A stretch of 32,000 bases of DNA, taken from positions 4,380,001 through 4,412,000 of the forward strand of contig NC_008312.1 of NCBI RefSeq assembly GCF_000014265.1. The letters are read 5' to 3'. The number at the start of each line of letters is the position of its first letter. The stretch's first letter is position 1. The notes below the pieces were generated by a model, which was not told the origin of the DNA, did no database searches, and saw only the letters and a program-made list of their open reading frames with translations. The stretch comes from Trichodesmium erythraeum IMS101 (GTDB taxonomy: Bacteria; Cyanobacteriota; Cyanobacteriia; Cyanobacteriales; Microcoleaceae). Position numbers and translations under genes: made by a program. This document shows, one piece after another, positions 24,604 through 32,000 of the stretch.

Positions 24604-25752
24604 GTGAAGCGACGGAATTTTTTAATTGGGGCAACGGCAATAACTTTAGCTGAATTTTTAGCAGGATGTGAAACACAAGCAGACTTAAAAGTTAAACTGT
24701 TAAAAAATAGTATTCCGGCTCAAATGGCATCAAAATTTCTAGGGGAATTACAATCTCCTATTAAATCAAGTTTTCAACCAATAGAAAGCTTAAATGAATT
24801 ATTTTATTTACTGCAAAATTGGCAAAAAAAACTTTTATTAGAAAAACAGCAATCATCTATAAACAAAACAGAAAATATAAATATAGCTAATCTGGTTACC
24901 TTAGGAGATTATTGGTTAGCAAATGCAATTAAACAAGAATTAATTCAACCTTTTAATTCTCAATCTTTAGCAAATTGGAATAAATTACCAGAAAAATGGC
25001 TCGAACTAGTCAAACGTAATAATCAAGGTTATGTAGATCCCCAAGGAAAAATTTGGGCAGCACCTTATCAGTGGGGCACAACTTTAATTGCTTATCGAGT
25101 TGATAAATTTAAAGCTTTGGGATGGGAACCTAAAGACTGGAGCGACCTATGGCGACCTGAATTGAAAGGTAATATTTCTTTGCTAAATCAAGCCAGAGAA
25201 GTTATTGGTTTAACCCTAAAAAAACTAGGTAAATCCTACAATACTAAAAACATTGATCAAGTAGAAAAATTAAAAGCAGAACTAGTTAAACTCAATCAAC
25301 AAGTTAAATTCTATAGTTCCAATAATTATTTACAACCATTAATTATTGGAGATACTTGGTTAGCAGTTGGTTGGTCCAATGATATATTACCATTACTCAA
25401 AAAACGTAAAAAAATTGCCGCTGTTGTTCCTCAGTCAGGAACAGCTTTATGGGCTAATTTATGGGTTAAACCTGCTGCCAGTCCAGAGAATTCCTTAACA
25501 GAAAAATGGATTAATTTTTGTTGGCAACCCCAGGTAGCACAACAAATGTCAATAATAACCCAAACTAGTTCACCAATTATGCCAAAAATTAATCCCAATG
25601 AATTAATTTCAGACATCAAAAATAATCCCTTATTATTACTCCCACAAGAAATTATTGAAAAAAGTGAATTTCTGGCTCCATTAGCAAATAGTACAATTGA
25701 ACAGTACCAAAAATTATGGCAAGAAATTCGTCAACCCGTCCATATTCAATAA
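24604..25752 (+). CDS. Extracellular solute-binding lipoprotein, PotD/PotF-like (polyamine ABC transporter)
   Basis: GTG start. RRNFLIGA..LAGC is a Tat-like signal with a lipobox. SGTALWANLWVKPA and WINFCWQPQVAQQM resemble the PotD family. Confidence 0.7.
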   Translation: MKRRNFLIGATAITLAEFLAGCETQADLKVKLLKNSIPAQMASKFLGELQSPIKSSFQPIESLNELFYLLQNWQKKLLLEKQQSSINKTENINIANLVTLGDYWLANAIKQELIQPFNSQSLANWNKLPEKWLELVKRNNQGYVDPQGKIWAAPYQWGTTLIAYRVDKFKALGWEPKDWSDLWRPELKGNISLLNQAREVIGLTLKKLGKSYNTKNIDQVEKLKAELVKLNQQVKFYSSNNYLQPLIIGDTWLAVGWSNDILPLLKKRKKIAAVVPQSGTALWANLWVKPAASPENSLTEKWINFCWQPQVAQQMSIITQTSSPIMPKINPNELISDIKNNPLLLLPQEIIEKSEFLAPLANSTIEQYQKLWQEIRQPVHIQ

Positions 25753-25802
25753 ACAATTATTGATCCTTTCATGACCGATTTTTAATCCAATTTAACTACT
25801 CC

Positions 25803-26363
25803 TTACTCCCTAAAATGAAATAATATTTTATCCAAATTTTGCAAAGTATCCTCTATACTATCATTCACCAATTGGATATCAAACTCTGTAGCAGCCTCAA
25901 GCTCTTCAGTCGCCCGTTGTAGACGTTTAGTGATCGCCTCCTCCGAATCTTGTCCCCTACCCCATAATCGTTCTTCCAATTCAGCCATCGAAGGTGGTAA
26001 AATAAATATGCGTAAGGCATCAGGAAAAGTCCTTTGAATTTGTCGTGCACCCTGTAGCTCAATTTCTAAGATCATTGATCTACCTTGTTCAATATTTTCA
26101 ATCACAGGAACACGTGGTGTACCATAAAAATTACCTGCATATTCTGCCCACTCCAATAATTCTTCACTTTCAATCATTTCTCGAAATTGATCATGGTCTA
26201 CAAAAAAATAGCTCTTTCCCTCCACCTCCCCTGGTCGAGGAGAACGAGTCGTAACAGATACAGAAAAAGCCAATCCGGGATGGCGATGTAACAAACAGCT
26301 TAACAAAGTTCCCTTACCTACACCACTCGGTCCAGTTAAAACAATTAATTTACCAGTTTGCAT
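25803..26363 (-). CDS. gmk: Guanylate kinase
   Basis: 186 aa. P-loop GPSGVGKGTL, TTRSPRPGE and YGT motifs. Adjacent to remA, as is common. Confidence 0.9.
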   Translation of the reverse strand: MQTGKLIVLTGPSGVGKGTLLSCLLHRHPGLAFSVSVTTRSPRPGEVEGKSYFFVDHDQFREMIESEELLEWAEYAGNFYGTPRVPVIENIEQGRSMILEIELQGARQIQRTFPDALRIFILPPSMAELEERLWGRGQDSEEAITKRLQRATEELEAATEFDIQLVNDSIEDTLQNLDKILFHFRE

Positions 26364-26495
26364 AATTTTGCTTATAGTAAAGTAGTCGCCAAAACATTTT
26401 AAGATATCCTCAAGTTCTCAAATTTCTTATCTCTTGTGAATTTCACTTCTGAGTTCTGGGTAGTACTGAAGCCTTATGCCTTTCAAAATTAGCCA

Positions 26496-26747
26496 TCAGT
26501 CATCTTTATTAAATAAAAATCTATTTGCCACTGTCTCAGGTTGAATAGAAGAAAGAATAACATGATTAGAATCTGTAATAATTACAGCTCTAGTGCGTCG
26601 ACCATAAGTAGCATCAATTAATTGGCCTCTTTCTCGTCCATCATTAATTATCCGCTTAATAGGAGCTGATTCTGGACTAACAATTGTCACAACTCGATTA
26701 GCAGAAACAATATTACCAAAACCAATGTTAATGAACTGGGTATCCAT
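26496..26747 (-). CDS. remA: RemA/DUF370 family regulator
   Basis: 83 aa. [29 protein letters not shown]...[18 protein letters not shown] is the conserved RemA signature. Confidence 0.85.
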
Positions 26748-26935
26748 AAGAGATTATAATGACATAGATTGAAATGAAATCTTCCTGAAAATAAATGGGC
26801 AATTGCGACATGGGGACATTCCCCAACTTCACAAAGCTCAAGAGCTTTCTTAACAGGAGGCTTCAGGTTTTTGTTTCATAGTATCAGCAAAACCAAGATT
26901 TACTTTAACTAAGATTTTTTGATTGTTACCTAACT

Positions 26936-28687
26936 GTGCAACCTGTTGATTATACCACTCTTATAGCTTCTTGTTCTCAACTCCGGTCTCAATGGTTACC
27001 GGCCAGGTTAGAACATGTTATACAGCGCGATCGCTTTACCATTTCTCTTGCCCTGCGAACTCTCAAAAAAAGAGGTTGGTTAGATATTTCCTGGCATCCT
27101 CAAGCAGCTCGCATCTGTATCGGCGATCCTCCTCCTCGCATCCCTGATACATTTACCTTTAGCCAACAACTAAAACATCAGTTAAATGGTTTAGCTTTAA
27201 TAGCCATTGCTGAAGTTTCACCATGGGAGAGGGTGTTGGATTTTCAATTTGCGAAACGCCCTGGAGAAAAACCTCTTTGGCATCTTTATGTAGAAGTTAT
27301 GACTAAATATAGTAATGTTATTCTAACTACTGTAGATAATTTAGTTATTACCTGTGCTCGTCAAATTAATATTCAACAGTCTAGCGTCCGTCAAATTCAA
27401 ACTGGTCAACCTTATGAACTGCCACCATCTTTGACTAACTCTATTCCTAGAGTGTCAGAAACTCAACAGCACTGGCAAGAACGAATTAGCTTAGTTCCTG
27501 GCTCATTATCCCGAAATGTCATTAAAAATTATCGTGGTTTGAGTAAGGCATTGGTAGAACCAATGATTAAAACTGCCGGTCTAGACCCACAACAACTGAC
27601 AAATAGTCTTAATAACTCAGACTGGGAGAAATTATTTCAACTTTGGCAAAAATGGTTACAAGCTCTTGATAAGTTAATCTTTAATCCTGGTTGGACATCT
27701 ACAGGTTACACAGTAACGGGCTGGAAAGCTATTGAATGTGTTGATAGTGTTGGTGAATTATTGAATCACTATTATACTCAACAGCTTAACCAGCAAGAGT
27801 TTACTCAACTACATCATCAAATTAGTCAAAAAGTTAATAGTATTACAGCTAAGTTACAGCTAAAGGCCCAGACTTTCACTCAACGTTTAGAGCAGTCCGA
27901 TGGGGCAGAGTTGTTGCGATCGCAAGCTGATTTACTTATGGCCAATCTTCAGGAATGGCAGCCAGGGATGAAAAATATTTCCCTTCCAGACTTTGAAACA
28001 GGAGAAATTATATTTATCAAGTTAGACCCAGAAAAAAATGCAGTGCAGAACGCTCAAAGCATTTATAAGAAGTACCAAAAATTGAAAAGGGCACATACCA
28101 TAGTTAAGCCACTTTTAGCAGAAGTTCAAAATGAAATTCACTATTTGGAACAAGTAGAAGCTTTTTTATCTCAGTTAAATAATTATCGCAGTCCAGAAGA
28201 TTTACAGACTTTGGAGGAAATTCGGGAAGAGTTGATCCAACAAGGGATACTTAATGCCCCAGAACATCATCAGCAAAATAATAGAAAAGATACAGAATTT
28301 TATCGTTACCAAACTCCTAGTGGACTAGAATTATTAGTAGGTCGTAATAACCGTCAAAATGATCTCTTGACTTTTCGGGTAGCAGGAGATTATGATCTAT
28401 GGTTCCATACTCAGGAGATACCAGGGAGTCACCTCCTGTTGCGACTGGATGCAGGTACTATACCAGACGAAGTTGACCTCCAGTTTGTTGCAGATATGAG
28501 TGCCTTCTATAGTCGTGGGCGTCAAAGTGAAGTAGTTCCAGTTATTTACACCAAACCTAAGTTTGTATATAAACCAAAGGGAGCAAAACCTGGTATGGTC
28601 ATTTATAATCAAGAGCAGGTTTTGTGGGGTAAACCACAAAGTGCAGCAGTCCACATCAATCAAAAGTCAACTACACCCTTTAATTAA
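26936..28687 (+). CDS. NFACT family protein (FbpA N-terminal domain + DUF814; RqcH-like ribosome quality control factor)
   Basis: 583 aa, GTG start. Central coiled-coil region. C-terminal DLWFHTQEIPGSHLLLR and VIYTKPKFVYKPKGAKPG are typical of the NFACT-R/DUF814 domain. Confidence 0.8.
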   Translation: MQPVDYTTLIASCSQLRSQWLPARLEHVIQRDRFTISLALRTLKKRGWLDISWHPQAARICIGDPPPRIPDTFTFSQQLKHQLNGLALIAIAEVSPWERVLDFQFAKRPGEKPLWHLYVEVMTKYSNVILTTVDNLVITCARQINIQQSSVRQIQTGQPYELPPSLTNSIPRVSETQQHWQERISLVPGSLSRNVIKNYRGLSKALVEPMIKTAGLDPQQLTNSLNNSDWEKLFQLWQKWLQALDKLIFNPGWTSTGYTVTGWKAIECVDSVGELLNHYYTQQLNQQEFTQLHHQISQKVNSITAKLQLKAQTFTQRLEQSDGAELLRSQADLLMANLQEWQPGMKNISLPDFETGEIIFIKLDPEKNAVQNAQSIYKKYQKLKRAHTIVKPLLAEVQNEIHYLEQVEAFLSQLNNYRSPEDLQTLEEIREELIQQGILNAPEHHQQNNRKDTEFYRYQTPSGLELLVGRNNRQNDLLTFRVAGDYDLWFHTQEIPGSHLLLRLDAGTIPDEVDLQFVADMSAFYSRGRQSEVVPVIYTKPKFVYKPKGAKPGMVIYNQEQVLWGKPQSAAVHINQKSTTPFN

Positions 28688-28840
28688 ATTTTTTTTTATA
28701 AAAAATTGATCAATAGTTTGTTAATATGATGTAAGTGAGATAATTAAAACCCCTAAAGTAAAAGCTGCAGACTTGGGAATGCGTAGCTATAGCTATAGGT
28801 TAATCTCACAGAAACAACAACGGAAGATATAATAAAATTT

Positions 28841-28868
28841 AAGCCAGTTTTCTCAAGCTGGTTTTTTT
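28841..28868 (+). terminator. Weak candidate intrinsic terminator downstream of the NFACT gene
   Basis: AAGCCAG-(10 nt)-CTGGTTT stem (one G-U pair) runs into a T7 tract. It lies ~155 nt after the stop and the stem is short. Confidence 0.3.
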
Positions 28869-29175
28869 ATTATATCGATAATATCACAAAAAAGCTTTCT
28901 TTACCTATTTCATACCAAAGAAGAGAGGCCCGAACTAGCCCCCTATCCCGACGTATTATGACCAAAATAACGTTTATTTCCAAAACAGTGGGCTAAACTC
29001 AGAACTTAAACACAAAGTATGGGTTTTAATTAGATTTGTGCTTAGTCTTTGTCAGACAAGGTAATCCATAGATAAAAAACGGTATAAATAGTCTCTTATT
29101 GAAGGGTATTAATAAAATAGGATCAATGATAATCCTTTTAACCCAATATACCCAGTTTTTTTATTGGTAATAACT

Positions 29176-29979
29176 ATGCTACAACAGAGTTTAATCAGAC
29201 TCAATAAAAATGGACAATACAATTATCAAGATTACAGGTATTTACCAGAACTAGATCTTGGGGTTGTTAATCAGGAACTTAGTCAAGCAGATCCTCACAC
29301 TTTAGTACAGTGGGGGTTAAAAATTTTTAAGGAAGGTCTGGTTATGAGTACCAGTTTTGGTATTCAGGCTGCTGTTATGTTACACCTAGTTACAAGTGTT
29401 ATACCTAATATTCCTGTTATCTGGATTGATACAGGATATTTACCAGCCGAAACCTATAAATTTGCTGAAGAGTTGATAGAACGACTGAAACTTAATGTGA
29501 AAGTTTATCAGTCACATATTAGTCCAGGTCGGATGGAAGCTTTATATGGCAGACTTTGGGCAGAAAAAGATCTTGAGGCTCTTAACCGCTATGACCAAAT
29601 TCGCAAAGTAGAACCCATGCAACGAGCATTGAGAGAGCTGAAGGCCACTGCTTGGTTAGCTGGGTTAAGGGGAGAACAAACCAAGCACCGCCAAAGTTTA
29701 GATCGCATTAGTAAACAGTCGAATATATATAAAATTTTACCAATACTCAATTGGAATGCACGGGATATTTATCAATATTTAACTGCTCATAATTTACCAT
29801 ATCATCCATTTTTTGATTTGGGATACACTACTGTAGGAGATTGGCATTCTAGTCGGCCTCTTACTACTGATGATCAAGATGAACGGGATACTCGCTTTTA
29901 TGGTCTTAAGCAGGAGTGTGGGCTACATTTGCCTCAAACACAAGAAGAGGCTCAAAGTCTTGATTCTAGTTTATTGTAA
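29176..29979 (+). CDS. cysH: Phosphoadenosine phosphosulfate (PAPS)-type sulfate-assimilation reductase
   Basis: PAPS_reduct-type fold motifs ([18 protein letters not shown]) and C-terminal KQECGLH. No CC...CxxC Fe-S motif, so it looks thioredoxin-dependent PAPS-type. The track ORF starts at TTG 29164; ATG 29176 is preferred. Confidence 0.85.
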   Translation: MLQQSLIRLNKNGQYNYQDYRYLPELDLGVVNQELSQADPHTLVQWGLKIFKEGLVMSTSFGIQAAVMLHLVTSVIPNIPVIWIDTGYLPAETYKFAEELIERLKLNVKVYQSHISPGRMEALYGRLWAEKDLEALNRYDQIRKVEPMQRALRELKATAWLAGLRGEQTKHRQSLDRISKQSNIYKILPILNWNARDIYQYLTAHNLPYHPFFDLGYTTVGDWHSSRPLTTDDQDERDTRFYGLKQECGLHLPQTQEEAQSLDSSLL

Positions 29980-30039
29980 TTACAGTCAACTCTCAGCAGA
30001 TTAATTATCAGGGTTTTTATTAAAAATCTTTGTTTATTT

Positions 30040-30450
30040 GGTTTCTAACCGCCTACAGGTGTACCTCACTGAATCGAAAATATACTGTAATTTGAGCAGG
30101 ATGAGATGATTATTGCCATACCCTAAAGGCCTTAGGTTTGATATTATTCCTGACTGTTAGGTACAGAGAAACAACCCAGGCGTCCCTCTGATGCGGGTTA
30201 AAGTCTCAAAACCCTGCACTCACCCCTATTGCTGGGGATGTATTAAGCGGGTCTCTGCCTTCATTTAGAGCCTCGGAATTCCCGAGGGCGACTTACCAAA
30301 AATTCTTGTGGGTCTTTAATTTGCCTTTAGGGCACAAACTGCTCTAAAACCTGAAAGCTTCCCAAGTTAGACTTAAGGGCCCACGGATATTTTCAAGGAA
30401 CCTCTTTTTCTACAGTATTTATCAGAGAAGGCTGGTTGCGAAACCAAATT
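30040..30450. other. GC-enriched, hairpin-dense ORF-free island (candidate structured RNA or heavily decayed gene)
   Basis: No ORF of 60 aa or more on either strand across 29980-30978. Local stems: CCTAA/TTAGG (30122-30136), GCGGGTT/AACCC(T)GC (30193-30217), CCCC/GGGG (30223-30237), CCTCGG/CCGAGG (30271-30287), TGGTT-GCGA-AACCA (30433-30446). The strand is undetermined. Confidence 0.25.
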
Positions 30451-30978
30451 TTATTTAAACATGGATTTTCCCTGGATTATTGGCCAGGCTTGAAACTCAA
30501 TTTTTCCTATTTAAGTTGAGTAGGGTAAGTTAGAAGGTTAAAATTATTTGCTGGGAGTTAGTCTCAAACAATGTGTAAAACATTAATAAACCATTGAGTA
30601 TAAGTGAAATCTACTATTTGATTTGACAGTGGTTCACAGTAGGGGTTTCCTACAAAGTTTTATTGATACAACGTAGTTCATCAATCTCAAAAGTGCTACA
30701 TATATTGAGGAGTTACCCATAAACCAAGTTTATCGACTAAATTTCCTGATTTGACAAACAATAAATAATAAGGGTAATAAACTGATTTTCTTGTAACGGT
30801 GGGTAGTCATACTGGAATATCATCATCTTAAAAAAAAAGTCTGTTTTTTTTACTTTTGCTATTAAGCAGGTGGATAAAATTAACTACACATTTTTCCAAG
30901 CCGAATTACTTATACTATATCTCTCACATCAAATTAGCCGAGGCCTGCAATGAGTGTTTAAGTGCTTATAGTTTTGAT

Positions 30979-31827
30979 TCAGTTTAAAAATTCAGAATGA
31001 TAACGAATATGATCTTCAATAAAAGATGTAATGAAATAATAGCTATGATCATAATTTTTTAGCATTCTTAAAGTTAGTGGTAAACCAACTTTTTGACAAG
31101 CACTTTCAAACACTTCTGGGAGTAATTGCTTTTGAGCTAAAAAAGGATCTACAGTTCCTACATCAATTAAAATTGGACGATTATACTTATAAGTTAAAAC
31201 TAATTCACTAGCATCATAATCACGCCAATTTTTTGTGTTTGTACCTAAATAATTCCTAAAAGCTTTCTTTCCCCAATAACAACGCATAGGTGCTGCAATT
31301 GGAGCAAAGGCGGAAACAGATTGATATTTTTCAGGATTTTTCAAAGCACAAATTAGTGCTCCATGACCTCCCATAGAGTGACCGAAAATACTTTGCTTAT
31401 CTGGTTGTACAGGAAAATTTTTGGCAATAATTTCTGGTAGTTCTTCGACGACATAACTATACATTTGATAGTGCTTTTTCCAAGGTTCTACAGTAGCGTT
31501 AATATAGAATCCTGCACCTGTACCTAAATCCCAATCATCATCCTCTCCAAAAGTACCAGTATTTCGTGGGCTTGTATCTGGTACAACTAAAATTAACCCA
31601 TATTTATTAGCAAATTGTTGCGCTCCTGCTTTAGCCATAAAGTTCTCTTCAGTACAGGTTAAACCTGAGAGAAAATACAGAATAGGAAGAGGTTGTGATT
31701 TTGCTAGCGATGGTTGGTAAATTGAGAAACGCATTTCAGTATTACAGGTGGAAGATGAGTGGAAATAATAGCTTACTGTACCACCAAAGCATTGATGTTT
31801 TTTAACCAATTTAATTTTTGTAGACAT
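30979..31827 (-). CDS. fghA: S-formylglutathione hydrolase (esterase D family)
   Basis: 282 aa, collinear with E. coli FrmB/YeiG as I recall it. Shared motifs: LYFLSGLTCTEENF, PDTSPR, GHSMGGHGAL nucleophile elbow, YDHSYYFI. Confidence 0.9.
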   Translation of the reverse strand: MSTKIKLVKKHQCFGGTVSYYFHSSSTCNTEMRFSIYQPSLAKSQPLPILYFLSGLTCTEENFMAKAGAQQFANKYGLILVVPDTSPRNTGTFGEDDDWDLGTGAGFYINATVEPWKKHYQMYSYVVEELPEIIAKNFPVQPDKQSIFGHSMGGHGALICALKNPEKYQSVSAFAPIAAPMRCYWGKKAFRNYLGTNTKNWRDYDASELVLTYKYNRPILIDVGTVDPFLAQKQLLPEVFESACQKVGLPLTLRMLKNYDHSYYFITSFIEDHIRYHSEFLN

Positions 31828-32000
31828 AAGTCATTTCAGTTTTCTATTATTAATGCTGACTTCTGAAGCCGGAGGTTTGAAACATGATTTTTTTTATTTC
31901 CTTGAATAAGAGAAAGCGCATAAGGGAAATACAGGTAAAAATAGGCTTGTATGATAGCACGAAGCTTTATTTACCAAAGGCTGTAACTTTAAAAAATATC

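Noticed and set aside
83-25752. potB-like permease and PotD-like binding protein as parts of one operon
   Set aside because: They are ~24 kb apart on opposite strands. Any functional link would be in trans and cannot be inferred from this window.
25431-28663. Antisense or overlapping ORFs 25431-25619, 25865-26062, 26045-26254 and 28397-28663
   Set aside because: They are shadow ORFs inside the PotD-like, gmk and NFACT genes.
30040-30450. tmRNA, RNase P RNA, SRP RNA, tRNA, group II intron domain V, or cobalamin/TPP riboswitch identity for the GC-rich island
   Set aside because: I could not find the conserved cores I remember on either strand: GGAAAGTCC and ACAGAA for RNase P, a tRNA-like GGTTCGA T-arm with ACCA end for tmRNA, a 14-bp bulged domain V helix, or the CTGAGA and B12-box motifs. 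The island is kept only as an unclassified candidate.
30441-30520. Minus-strand stretch GCCTGGCCAATAATCCAGGGAAAA...TTTGGTTTCGC as a possible DGR template repeat for the kinase tails
   Set aside because: Similarity to the VR-like region is limited to about 20 nt. The distance between the CCTGG and GGTTTCG anchors is ~45 nt instead of ~85 nt. There are no AAC-rich codons and no RT nearby.

Overview
AT-rich (about 35% GC by eye) chromosomal segment from a filamentous cyanobacterium. Taxonomic support: 16 copies of the HIP1 octamer GCGATCGC (well under 1 expected by chance), several STRR-like heptamer arrays and small palindromic dispersed repeats. The exact taxon cannot be determined from this window. 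Only about 60% of the window lies in convincing ORFs, and at least four genes are visibly decayed. They are a solute-binding protein frameshifted at an A8 run, a PH-like gene with an in-frame TGA, a STAND/NB-ARC remnant and a TnpB tail. Ordinary genes are potB, a PotD-like binding protein, gmk, remA, an NFACT/RqcH-like protein, cysH, S-formylglutathione hydrolase, a MATE exporter, a DUF985 cupin, a GHL10-type glycosidase-like protein and a duplicated-domain lipoprotein. Accessory content includes a PF10014-type 2OG-Fe dioxygenase plus an HpcH/HpaI aldolase bracketed by copies of a short repeat, an orphan PqqD-like gene, and three copies of a roughly 100-bp MITE-like element. The most interesting region is 14.3-21.7 kb, a co-directional three-kinase block. 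It starts with a non-RD kinase fused to a zinc-ribbon-like Cys cluster and a roughly 290-aa glycine-zipper repeat membrane module. It continues with two tandem Ser/Thr-kinase + FGE/CLec-like paralogs created by a roughly 2.6-kb segmental duplication that also copied the 3' end of the upstream gene. The paralogs are almost identical in part of the kinase domain, but identity collapses to about 44% in the last ~60 nt before the GFR motif. That stretch shows a codon pattern reminiscent of DGR variable regions. No reverse transcriptase or template repeat is present in the window, so the DGR idea is a hypothesis to test genome-wide. No tRNA, rRNA or CRISPR array was found.
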